NCBI RefSeq assembly: GCF_964355755.1
Contig: NC_092672.1
Coordinates: forward strand, 1,178,001-1,242,000
DNA length: 64,000 nucleotides
Origin: Antedon mediterranea
Lineage: Eukaryota; Animalia; Echinodermata
Direction: 5' to 3'
Shown here: in pieces, positions 1 through 12,608 of the stretch
Position numbering within the stretch: the stretch's first letter is position 1
How the letters are laid out: each line of letters starts with the position of its first letter
Notes under the pieces: model-generated
What the model was told of the DNA's origin: nothing
The model's input: the letters and a program-made list of their open reading frames with translations, nothing else
Databases searched by the model: none
Program-made: the position numbers and the translations under genes

Positions 1-460
1 GCAGTTAGTTTTAGCCAAGAGCAGCAGGGGAGGAGAGCTGGGCTGCTGTGACCTTGCTTGGCCTAGCAGGCATCCTAGCTAGCCTAGTAGTAGTAGTAGG
101 GCCTAGCCTAGTTAGGCCTAGGCTACAGCAGGCTAGGCTCTAGCCTCTAACTAGGCCTAAGGCTAGGCTAGGTCTTGGTTAGGCTTACCTCAAATAGGCC
201 TAGGCCTAGCCTACTACGAAATCTAGGTCACATAGTACCCTCCCTAGTAGTAGGCCTAGGCCTAGTACTAGCAGTAGGCCTCCTACCTACGCTTCTGTCT
301 CTGAATGAAACATCATTCAAGATATTCAGAAGAACATATTTATACAAACAATCTTATATTATTATTAGGCCTACAGCTGGCCCGATCGATGTAGTTTACA
401 GTATTTATCTTACATTGTCACAAAAGACTAGGCCTAGGCCTAGGCTACATCAATATTATT
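1..460. other. TAGGCCTA / TAGTAG-rich low-complexity tract
   Basis: Dense TAGGCCTA, TAGGCTA and (TAG)n; similar tracts at ~19720-19880 and ~24325-24450. Confidence 0.6.
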
Positions 461-832
461 ATAAGATGTATTCTTGCGCGCTACACCCCATGTAAATTTT
501 AAGAAAGTGAGAAAAAGGCGCCGCGCGCGTTACGTGTTGTGAAAAGTTTGGAAGTAGGAAAATGGTAGATGGCGCTATTTTCAAGGGTGATTTTTTTTTC
601 TATTTACTATATAAAACAGAGTTAATTTTTAGATTATTATACAGATTTATCAAAATTTACTGATATTTTCCTTTTTTACATAATTCCACCTTATAGTACA
701 TACAATTTTAAGATAAAAGATATAATTATTTTAAAATTTACAAAAAATGACACTTGCGTGCTGCGAAGTTTTCAAATATGTCAGTTATATACAATTTACA
801 GATACGTCACTAACAGATTGAAAATTTTCTTA

Positions 833-3800
833 TTAGTAGAAGAATAATATATCTCTGTTTGAACGTTCTTTAGCTAGGTAATTCTTCACATCAACTGATA
901 GATTGCAATTAATCATGGCAAGGTCCCTCAGCTTAGGACACATAATGAGTAATGAAGACATTGAATTAACATCAATGTTGTGAAGGTTATTACCAGAGAT
1001 ATCGAGAGATTCTAATGCTAATTGAATTTGTTTGTGAGAACATTCTGTACCCAAGTGATTGATGACGTCACCTGATAGATTGCAATCACTCATGTCAAGC
1101 CACCACAGCTCAGGAAACATAATGAGTAATGAAGACATTGAATTAACATCAATGTTGTGAAGGTTATTACCAGAGATAAAGAGATAACGTAATGCTAATT
1201 GAACTTGTTTGAGAGAACATTCTATACCCAAGTGATTGATGATGTCACCTGATAGATTGCAATCCTCCATGTCAAGCGACTCCAGCTTAGGACACATAAT
1301 GAGTAATGAAGACATTGAATTAACATCAAGGTTGTGAAGGTTATTAACAGAGATATTGAGAGAAACTAATGCTAATTGAACGTGTTTAAGAGAACATTCT
1401 GTACCCAAGTGATTGATGACGTCACCTGATAGATTGCAATCCCTCATGTAAAGCCTCCTCAGCTTAGGACACATAATGAGTAATGAAGACAATGAATGAA
1501 CATCAATGCTGTGAAGGTTATTACCAGAGATATCTAGAGATTCTAATGCTAAATGAACTCGTTTGAGAACGGACCCAGATAAGCTCGTTTTCAAAAATGG
1601 AAAAATGGTTTCTAGGAATTTTCTTTTAGGTTTGGTTCCATCTTTGCACTCTCTTATCACGTCATTCATTATATCACCTGATAAATGGCATTCTTTCAAA
1701 TTAAGTTCTGTCAGTTTAGGAAACTCAATCAAAGATCCAAGTGATCTGCTATTGATGTTGCTAAGATTGTTATTACAGATATCGAACTGCCCTGCTACTT
1801 GGAGACCCATTTTTAAGCACTCTCTGATTATTTGATTCATTACGTTACCTGATAGATTCTGAATCGTAACTTTGTCATATTTAGCTTCAATGCCTAAAAT
1901 GTGTGCAATAACTCTTCCCTTGCGATCCAATGCCATCCTACTACAAAAGGTATTTAATTTCAAGCTTTCATTAGGCTTATTTGTTTTTGCTTCAGTATAA
2001 TCCATGCCATAAAGTTGCATAATTAGATGTATGAAATGCCCATCAGATTGTATACCTGGACTAATGTGATCAATGAACATTCTAATCGAGGTAGATATTT
2101 TCTGCATATACTTCTTTAGTTTTAAATCATTGCTTGCCGTGTGATTAATTAATGCATTTACCACAGAAATCTCATGTTGTTTTTTAATACTGTGTAAATT
2201 ACTTGGTAGAGAGCGACATGTTGACAAATTGTTAGTTATCCAATGCTTTAAAAATGTATCAGCTTTATCTCCAAGAAAACCAATTGCAAACTCTCTCGCC
2301 ATCTTTAAATACTCACTTTCTCTTATTATTTCCCATTCAGTATCATCCAATGGTGTAAGTAATCTTACGTCTTCTGAGCATTCATTCTCCATACCTTCAC
2401 TTTCACATAATTTGCACAAGTAAAATCCTACCAATGACTCTACTATTAACTTGTGTGGAGGCATATACATGCTTTCAAAGTTAGATTTTGAAATTGGTGC
2501 TTCTTCATAAACAAATCCTAGTTTTAGGGCCATGTCAACCAAATCTTTGTTTAATTGTTCATCATACAAATGTTTTTTATTTATTGAAAGTTGATTTACT
2601 TTTAGGCTATTATACATACATTTTCCCAACAGAATCATAGCATTTACATACTTTGCTGGAGTGTCTTCAAATTTAGAAAGCTTCGAAAATTGTTTTTGTT
2701 TGTTATTAAATTGATTTAAAATACTACGAAATATTTCTTTAAAAAGGTCAGCCTTATCTGTAGGAAGACTTTCACTATCTTCCCACAGTAAACAGATTGA
2801 AAGAAGTAACATTGGATTTTTGCACAATGAATATGCTTCTGGATGTTTTTTCTCATCCAAAGAAGTGCCAATATCCAATTCTTTTCTAAGGGATTTTCCC
2901 AATTCTGGTCTGTCAAAATACTGGAAGTGTTTGTCAATGTACTTTCCTATGCTCTCTTCATTAAATCCCTTAACCTTTACATGTACATCACATGCTTTTA
3001 TGAAGTCGTCTATGTTTTCTGATCGTGAGGTAAGTATCACAGTACTGTTTTCTAAGTTTTTCTTTTCGAAAACTATGATTATGTTTGGATTATTAAATCT
3101 TAATTCATCTAATCCGTCTAATAGACATACAATTTTATCGTCATGGCGTATCAGAAATTCGTGAATTAACTTTGAATTTTGTGGAAGATGTGTGAGCATG
3201 CTGAAATTTTTCATATCAATTTGCTTTACAATTAAATCTAATATGTCATCATCTGTTTTAAAGTCTTTTACACTTAAAAAAAATACAATTTTACCTTCAA
3301 ATACCTTAATTGATTGACCAGGCGTAGCCCAGTTGTTTGACAAATGCCTTAATATGGTAGTTTTACCTATTCCACCCTCGCCATCAATAAGAGCTCTACA
3401 TCCAGATGTGGAGCTGATTATATCTATCACTTCCTCTAGTGTTGTTTGTTTGCTTCCTTTATTGTTTTCAGTTTTCTTCAGTAGTTCCATATCGGTAAAC
3501 ATCTGCGAAATGTCAACTTTGTATTTATCACGCATCAGCGCTGGTGTAAATATACTAGCCTGACTACACAGCTTTCGTTGTTTTTGAAGCAGATATTCTT
3601 CAATCTTTTCTAAATTCCAAGAAAATTATAAGAAAGATATTTAGTTTAAAATCCTAATTGTATTTAATAAAAACCTTGAAATTTGCAATTTATTTATTTA
3701 CAATACTGTGTAGTGTTGGCGTATATAAATAATATAGAGGGCGACAAACACAATTTAATATCAATCAGACAGATAACATTGTTTGAAACATGGGTATTGA

Positions 3801-5652
3801 TCGGCGGTCAGAATTATGAGCAAGAATTGCGGAGTGCGCAGGTTGTTGTAGGTTTCGAGCCTTCTTTTTTAGTATGGTAAAATATGTTTTTTTTTCTGAA
3901 TAACAATATACAGAATTACACCTGTACAGTAAGGCATAGCCTACTCTGTGTTTTTCTATATCATATCAGACTCATGCTAAAACAATTAATTTACTTTTAA
4001 AATAAAGAAGTGTAAACATTATTTAAAAATTTGCCATTTATCTTGATTAACTGATAACTAATGGAGGACCTGTTTGTAAAACAGGATGGTATGGCTGAAT
4101 TCCTAATATTAAACTCATAAATTAACATACAGTACGCGCATTTATTGCCATGAAGACATTATAGAGGGCGGCAAACAAAATATATCACTAATCAGGAAAC
4201 TTCAATTTAAAACAATAAACTAAATATGTTTGTAACGTTTAATCAAACAAAACAATCTATTGACAACAATAAGAACATTATGTCACCAATAATACTAGTG
4301 TATTGTCATTATTTCTGATAATGTTATATATTGAAAACAATATAGTAATATAAAATAACCACAGTATCAAATTCAGTAGTTACGGTACACTAAATCGAAA
4401 GTGGTCAGCAGGCCAAGATGAAAACTGTAAATTTGAACTGAAAATGGTAAAGCAACCAATTATTTGTTTCTTTTTATTTAATGGTGGAAAACAAAATACT
4501 ATACTATACTATATTTAAATACTCAAAGTAATTTTAATACCATCTGATTTTTATAGTAGTTTTTATTGTATTCTTCAATAATACAATGTATGCCTGGAGT
4601 GCCGCGCCAGCTTACCTGTGTCTGATTTAACCTCTTTTCGCATAACCCCTTTTGCACTAGTGGTCTGCACCTCTAAATTAAGAGCAAGAAATGTTATGAT
4701 ATTATATCTCTGAATAATCAGGATAGGAAACATAAATTCATATTAACGTGTTACAGTTAATTCAATATTTTTTTATAGAGGATAAGCTGAAGTTATTATT
4801 GTTCCCGTTCGTCTGTACTATTTTGTAGTCAAAATTGCAATAAGAAAAGGTTTGCTGAAGACCTATATTTTGTCAGTTGAAAATTTACGAAATCCGAAAA
4901 TGGATGCATCCATTTTATTACTTATTATTTTTTTTGGGTAATATTTGGTTCACCCTTTTATCAACATACCTGTCTGTTTTTGTCCAAGTTGTTGTAGATT
5001 TGGAATAACTTCTTCCCCATTTTCTTCACAAAGTATTTTTCTGTGTTCCAAATCCATTATCATACTCCAAGAATCTTCATAATTCTTTAACGGAATGTTG
5101 TACAGTGCATCGATTCTTTTAACATGATGCTGCATCAGTCCATTTCCGAAGTCTACAAGTTGTAGTCGATAGGGTTTGAATTGTGTAATTTCAATTTCTC
5201 TAGCTTGGTGAAAACATTGTGATAGATGACGAAGGACACCAAACTGCTGGGTTACTTTGATCGTTTCGTTAAGTATCGAGAGGTTGTCTGAACTTAATTG
5301 TTCAGAATCTATTAATTTATGAAGCAAGTTCAATGTGTCATGTGCTTTGTCTATCTTTCCAACTGAAATTAAATCATGGTATAAAACTTTCAGCTGCCTC
5401 AATAGGTTACGTTCATCATACCAAGTTGAAACTCTCATTAAATCAAGATTAAAACTATCCATACCTCCTATGGAATTATAAAAAAAATAAAATAAAACAT
5501 TAGTGAATACGATTTCACTTGCAATCAACTATTCATACCTCCTAAAAATATGGGAGAAAATAGTGAAAATCTTCAAAATCTTTAATCAATGCAACACACC
5601 AAATAATAATAAATAAATAACAAATGTTTAAATGTCTCTTACCTGTTGCCAT
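833..5652 (-). CDS. NLR innate immune receptor: tandem DED-like domains, NACHT, RI-like LRR (~1113 aa, 4 coding exons)
   Basis: Exons 5652-5643 (ATG GCA ACA G|GTAAG), 5467-4970, 4672-4616 and 3609-833 join through phase-1 GT-AG introns into MATGGMDSFNLDL...; total 3342 nt ending in TAA. Walker A GEGGIGKT, Walker B CLLDGLDE, sensor-1 ILTSR, NPMLL, winged-helix PHKLIVESL, and C-terminal LxxLxLxxNxL/CxL repeats. Exon 2 has two death-fold-like helical units (LLHKLIDSEQLSSDNLSILNE; YRLQLVDF...MDLEHRKILCEEN). Confidence 0.92.
890..1557 (-). repeat. Coding tandem repeat, ~4 x 177 bp (59 aa, two LRRs per unit), in the NLR LRR
   Basis: CCTGATAGATTGCAAT recurs at 1071, 1248 and 1425 (period 177); protein unit LALxxLxISxNNLHxxDVxSxSSLLIMxPxLxxLxMxxCNLSGDxINHLGxECSxKxxQ. 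Confidence 0.95.
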
Positions 5653-8600
5653 GTTGTAAATGTTCTTTTTTCATTTCTGAAAAATAGAAATGTAAGGATA
5701 TGATAACAGGGAGTTAGTTTAGCTTGCGTTAGTTAAAATAAGAAAAAATGTTTGCGACCAATAGTTTATATTGATTTTTAGAATCGAGATTCTAACTGGT
5801 CAATTACATAAATTATATAATCGCTGTTGATATTACTCACAGTGTGCTGAGTAATAATATTACACGCTTCTTTAATACAGTTGTATGTTGCCTTTAAGTG
5901 GATAGGTGAATGTTTCTTGCTTTGTTGAATGATCATTTATTTCTAACCGTTGAATAGCCTTGTGAAATCAAAAATAAAATCATTATCAAATTGTGGGGTA
6001 ACAACCATGTTTAGCTATAAGAATGTTTGTCAAGCGTCAATAGTAAAAGTAAAAGGAAGGATTGGCGCCAAGTCAAGTTAGGCCTACATTATTTAATAAT
6101 AATTAAATGTGAAATGTGAAGTAATTGACTAGATTAATTTAAAGTAAACGTGTAAAGAAGACTGGTAACATAACAATGTTATAAATTCTGACGTCATCAA
6201 CCTAAATGCGCCATCATTGAAATTAACAAATACATCAAACATAATAAAACAATAATAATAATAACAACACCTCGGAGTGCAATAAATAATGTAATTGATA
6301 ATAAACGCATGTACATCACACATGTTCAATAGTACCAAGGTGCATATCTATCTTTTTTAAAGCCAAAGATTAAACATAATTCAGTGATATTCTACATAAT
6401 ATCGGTTTTTATATCACTGTTAATGCCACAGTTGTACGTCGTGAGGTGGTTTCCCGAATGATCGTAAAATCAAAACGGTACTGGGTATGACAAACTAGCG
6501 TTCTTGTCACCAACTATAGTCATCCATTCATAGAAGTACTGATGTAGCCTATCTGTAGGCCTACGGTGACCATAGAATGTGACCCGAGACATGACTAACT
6601 ACGACTTTTAGTTGATAGAAGATTGAAAAAATTGTTAAGAAGAGTTGTACTGTATGTGGATGTTTAATGAAATTATGTCAATAATTTTTACACACTAGGC
6701 ATATATATATAGTAATGTTTGTTAGTAAAAATAATTTTGAGTTAATAAGAATAAGATATAAGGAAGAAAAGCAAAGAGACTATGGAGCGGCTATTCCTGA
6801 ATATACAATACTAAGTATCGTAGTTTTAAATTATAAATTTTAGGCGATCTTGTTAAAGGTCAAGTGCCTATAGCCTGCCACGTTTCGATGTTCAATATTA
6901 ATGCCACAGTTGTACAGAACATTCAAGATTACAGCTCACATTGTGCTTCGGAAGTCGAAGTAAAATTTGCAAGTCATATTTGATTGGTATAATAATACAT
7001 ATTGAATATATAATGCATTAACTTACATATTTATAGCTTAAAACTAAACTTGAGAAAATTCTAATAAACTCAGGTGAGGCAGGACCGATCGTTTCAATAC
7101 AGTCGGTGTTTGACGATAATCGTAACAATTTCCACACCCAACAGCAGATTTGGCTGTGACGTCACAAAAACGTTCCAAGGTCTATTCACTTACTACAATG
7201 CATAATTATTCTATAGAGATTTTCTGTAAAATCCATCAACCTATTTTTAGAAATCTATACAGATTTTCAATTTGTAATAATTGTTCATTTCTATATCACA
7301 ATGTTAATAGAAATATGAAATTGAAAAGCAAGTATGGGGTACATTATGAACCTCACATAAGCTTCCAGATGACTTTTATGTTGGTAAATACCTTTTAAGT
7401 TTTAGAAACACTGGCATCTTACTTGATATAAGGACTATAAAGTTAAATTGGTGGAAGATATAATAAGAGCACTCTGAGATCACTGCAAGTATGTTATAAC
7501 AATGCCTTACGTTTGCTGCTGAAGCAGCGTAGAAATTGTAGTGCAAGCATGATGTTTGTCTTAACGTCCCATCCTTTGATGAGTTCATTAAAAAATCTGT
7601 TTTTAGTTGTAAAAATCGTGTGAACGCAAGTAGTAATTTTTTGATCATGGTCATTAATCGGCACATTCTTAATGTGTCAAGAATGCACATACAATGGAAT
7701 GCCTTGTTGCATTGACTTTTTATATATATATTTTTGTTTTTGTTCTATGAGCTCTTAGATTACGATTTTTTTTTCTATTTTGCTATGGATATAATTATTA
7801 TGGCACCATGGTATTCCGAAATAAAAAAAGATGAATGAATGAATGAAGATAAGATAAGATTTAATTAGCTAATTGATTTTTATTTTATACCACTTTTACA
7901 TCGCCGAGAAAACTTGTTTGCGCCTATTGGGAAATTGTATCGATATAATACAATTATGTGAGTCATGTGACACATAATTGATTCTATTCGGACAAAAACA
8001 ATTTTTTATTTATACCGCATTTACATCGCCTAGCAAACTTTTTTGTTTAGTTTCACAACAGTCAACTCTGCGTTTTGTGTCGGTATGGGTGTGTGCGGAT
8101 AAACTTCAGAGTTTTGCTGGACGATGAGGGAGTACTATTTGTCCTTATGACAATTCACAACAGTTACACCATATAAAAGTTATAAAGCATTTATTCGAAT
8201 TTAAAATTGCAGTTTACCACTAGTAATCATGCTATACTGCTAGGGTAGAAAAAAAAAGGATTTCCAGATGATAATGAAACGAGACAGAATAGGTTTCAAC
8301 AATTATTTGGTCGATTTAAGAGAGGTTTGTTCTGTCATAATGAAACAGTCAGTAAGATTTCATGTTATCATTTCTAAGCCACTCTCCTGTATGTACTCAC
8401 TTACACTTTAAAATTTAAAACTACATAAACAATTGGTTTGAAAATAGCTGCATGCATGCATATTATTAGATTATTGGAGTGTCAACTGTACAGGTGTAAG
8501 GACTGAGTCATATTTGCATAAGTTGTCAACCTTCTGTTTTTTTAATCTCCCACAAGCCGTTAAACGAGTAGCAAATATTTATTAGAGATATAACATACAA

Positions 8601-9416
8601 TAGAGGGTGTTACAAAGAAAATCAAATGACAGCAGACAGGCAAGTAAATGTCATACGTATTAGCTCTTTCGGTGCTCAAACCACAATTAAAAGATGGTTA
8701 ATATTGCAGTGAATGGATAAGGCCACGTTGAGAAATAAATGAAACCAATTTATTTTACTTAATTCTTGTATAAAACTAGTAGTCCAGTAAAAATATAGTT
8801 GAACCTAGAACAAATTAATAGATAGAAGTTGAAGTTGTAAAATGGCAGCCATTTTGATTTTATGCAAATTAGGTAATTTATAATGGGCAGATCAGGGTAG
8901 ATTTTGGATATGGTAATATCTACATATAGTTGAGCATATTTCAGCAAAAAAACAAACTGTTGCAATTTGTTTGACTCAACGCCTATTTTTCATCTATTTC
9001 CATATAACCCAGCTATTTAAATTGTCGTTATTCCACTCGATTTTATTCTGGATAACTTTTCCTCACTTATCGGACGAAAATAAAGACGATGTTTTCGTGA
9101 GGTGATAGCCAGAATCAACACCCCTAAAGCTTGGTTGCCACTAGAATGCAACGCAAGAATGCAAAGACGTACGCGCAAGGCAAGCGAGTTGACCAATCAC
9201 ATGCGACAATTAGTAATCCATCATTGATAGAATTGTGCGCTACGTTGTTCGTTGCGTCCTGTAGGATCCAATCTTAATTGAAGCTATGCACATTATACGT
9301 TCATTGTCCGTGTTTTCTAGCCCACAGCCCCTCTTCTCCACTTAAATCGAAATGTAAAAATCACCACTATGCAGGAAGTGTGCAGCAACAAATTGATCAA
9401 GAATTTTATTTAAAGG

Positions 9417-9726
9417 TAACTGAAGTATTCATAACTGAAGTATTCATAACTGAAGTATTCATAACTGAAGTATTCATAACTGAAGTATTCATAACTGTAA
9501 GTATTCATAACTGTAAGTATTCATAACTGTAAGTATTCATAACTGAAGTATTCATAACTGAAGTATTCATAACTGAAGTATTCATAACTGTAAGTATTCA
9601 TAACTGTAAGTATTCATAACTGTAAGTATTCATAACTGAAGTATTCATAACTGAAGTATTCATAACTGAAGTATTCATAACTGAAGTATTCATAACTGAA
9701 GTATTCATAACTGAAGTATTCATAAC
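9417..9726 (+). repeat. Minisatellite, 15-bp unit ATAACTGAAGTATTC with 16-bp ATAACTGTAAGTATTC variants, ~20 copies
   Basis: Directly visible tandem array. Confidence 0.97.
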
Positions 9727-9798
9727 TTACTGTAAGTAAAATCTGGATTAAACAGTTACATATTGGTTTATTAAGATGGACTTTAAAAAATCTCGGAT

Positions 9799-9809
9799 GG
9801 AAATTCCCC
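9799..9809 (-). promoter_or_regulatory. Candidate NF-kappaB site GGGGAATTTCC, duplicated at 13152-13162
   Basis: Matches kappaB consensus GGGRNWYYCC; ~4 kb upstream of the NLR start codon. Motif match only. Confidence 0.3.
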
Positions 9810-11705
9810 GATACGTTATCTAGCAATTACACACCAACGATTTCTTGAATGACCTTTGATATAAGTTTATGCTTATTTGAATAGAGACTACGTCACAAAA
9901 ACTTGTCCACGGTCCCTGCACTTCATTTCTATAGATACACAGTGCAAGTATTCTATTGAATTTCCTTTTGAAATTCCATAAACTTATTTTTAGAAATGTA
10001 TAGGTGAGATGATTTAAATAACAAAGTAAAACAACTGACTCAAATAACAAGAGGGAACTTACCATATTTAACGTTTCAATCTTTCAAATCATTGATTTGA
10101 CCATCATCAGAAGTGAACCAATAATTCCAAAGGCAGACAATTATAAGTAATTATGCATAAATATGTAAATGAGATATAAACCATTAGCCATACATAGTAT
10201 TACAAAGACAATCAAAACCAAAGGTGCCAAGTAAAAGTCATAATAGCTTAAAACTGGATAGAAGTTGTTATGTGTAGGCCTATCCGACGGTACAGCAAAT
10301 TACTGTGAATTTAAAATAATTTGAATACCCTGCAAGGCCTCAGCTATTAAATAGGACGGCGATGAAAAGTGTTCACTCGCTTATTCTGGAATTTTTAGAA
10401 AACACACCTCAATCCTTACACACAACACGCATCAATTAGCTCAGCAGTATCAGTATTGTATCAATTTAGAAAAATAAAAATTCTATTACAACTGCCGAAG
10501 ACAAGAAGTTAATTTTAACACTTTTTATTTAATGTTATACTGTACAACTATTCAATTATTGATTCGTGTAATTTCATCGTCGATCACCTAATTTAAATGT
10601 CCGGCAAACCAGCCGTACAGTTATAGTTCAAGAACTCACTAGGGTATGTAGTATTCTATGCGTACAGAAGTCAGTTCAATACGATTGAAGAGCGTCTTAA
10701 ATCATAATGCATTAAGTATAGTCTTTGTGATTAACTTAAACATTGAATGTGATAGGCCTTATGTTTGTAGGCCTATAGGTTTTATAAGACACAGATATGT
10801 TGTAGGCTAGTACGCTGCTACCGTACCGTATCACATCCCCTCGCTGCTAGTTTTAGCCTCTTTCTTGATAGTTTACCTGTCCGGATAGCATAACCGTTAC
10901 CGATTGGAATTATGATTAATTGTATTTAATAAAAGATTAATGTGAAATACAGCGGGGATGGTGTTTACGGGTATGTGGATGAGGCGGCTATTGAGAGCGT
11001 TCTCCGCCACCTTAGCCCCACCTTGGATATGGATCTTTAGTTGGCCGGAATTATCCTTGTGATTGTCCGGCTACTTTTTGTTTTCCGTACATAATGCGGA
11101 CAGGGAATTGTAACTAATTACAATTCCTTGATGTGGATAACCATTGTGATTGCCCAGTCTCTTTTTTTCAATCGCCAACCATCACCAAAGTTTTTCTTAT
11201 TGGTTATCCACAATTTATTATGCGGATCCATTGTGATTGTCAGGTTACTTGTTTTTTCCCGCACTTATTGCAGATAAACCTTGTGATTGGTCAGTCTCTT
11301 TTCCTTCAACCAACATTACAAAAGTTATACTTAATTTTCCAAGATTTTTTACGGGCTTTTCTTCTCTAAAACAGAACATTTTGTAACTTTGTCAACTTAT
11401 AAATATATATCTCAAGTTGTGTAGCTACTTGTTTGCCGACGTCTGAGTTGCGCAATGTTAATTACGCTCGATGTATGACATTTTATGATTGGCCGTAATT
11501 TAAAAACTAAAAAGATTTTTTTTAAACCTAATTCAAACAAGAGTCAACTTTCTTTGGAGTAAAAATGACGCGTTCCAGAAAGAATTAGGCGTGGTGTGAA
11601 AATCACGATCTAATGGCTGACGTCACGTTCCCAGATATTTAAGTGCTATTTTAAGAAGAAGATGGTGAGTGTGATGTGTTTTTATATATTAAGGCAAATG
11701 ACAAA

Positions 11706-12410
11706 ATAAGTCGGGAAACGACCGGTGTACAATTACTATGTACGGAAACGACCGGTGTACAATTACTATGTACGGAAACGACCGGTGTACAATTACTATG
11801 TACGGAAACGACCGGTGTACAATTACTATGTACGGAAACGACCGGTGTGCAATTACTATAAGTCGGGAAACGACCGGTGTACAATTACTATGTACGGAAA
11901 CGACCGGTGTACAATTACTATGTACGGAAACGACCGGTGTACAATATGTACGGAAGCGACCGGTGTACAATTACTATGTACGGAAACGACCGGTGTACAA
12001 TTACTATGTACGGAAACGACCGGTGTGCAATTAGTATAAGTCGGGAAACGACCGGTGTAGAATTACTATGTACGGAAACGACCGGTGTACAATTACTATG
12101 TACGGAAGCGACCGGTGTACAATTACTATGTACGGAAACGACCGGTGTACAATTACTATGTACGGAAACGACCGGTGTACAATTATTATGTACGGAAACG
12201 ACCAGTGTACAATTACTATGTCCGGAAACGACCGGTGTGAAATTACTATAAGTCGGGAAACGACCGGTGTACAATTACTATGTACGGAAACGACCGGTGT
12301 ACAATTACTATGTACGGAAGCGACCGGTGTACAATTACTATGTACGGAAACGACCGGTGTACAATTACTATGTACGGAAACGACCGGTGTGCAATTACTA
12401 TAAGTCGGGA
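11706..12410 (+). repeat. 30-bp satellite GTACGGAAACGACCGGTGTACAATTACTAT, array 1 (~23 units)
   Basis: Near-identical tandem units punctuated by a 32-bp variant containing ATAAGTCGGGAAA. Confidence 0.97.
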
Positions 12411-12608
12411 AAAGACTCTTGAGAAGAGAGCTATATTTGGACGTGATCGATAATTAGCTGTCTGTCGTTGCAATGCATAATACAAAATCTGCACAGCAAA
12501 TATATATATTTTTCCACCGCTCTATATAGAAAATACACTTTCCATTACAAGCCGATAATTGTCTTTTGGACACTGCCTCTCTGTTTAGAAAATATAGCGC
12601 CACCTAAT

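Larger units (their letters stand above)
9008..12410 (+). repeat. Tandem segmental duplication, copy 1
   Basis: Starts CCAGCTATTTAAATTGTCGTTATTCCAC, colinear and highly similar to 12609-16950 (start offset 3601 bp). Confidence 0.95.

Noticed and set aside
175-495. 106-aa hydrophobic ORF
   Set aside because: Product of TAGGCCTA low-complexity sequence, with no recognisable domain.
833-3535. Treating the 900-aa ORF as a complete or bacterial-type NACHT defence gene
   Set aside because: The frame extends to an acceptor at 3610 and joins three upstream exons; it is the last exon of an animal NLR.
9278-9826. ORFs with ITEVF and YEYFS repeats
   Set aside because: Translations of the 15-bp minisatellite.
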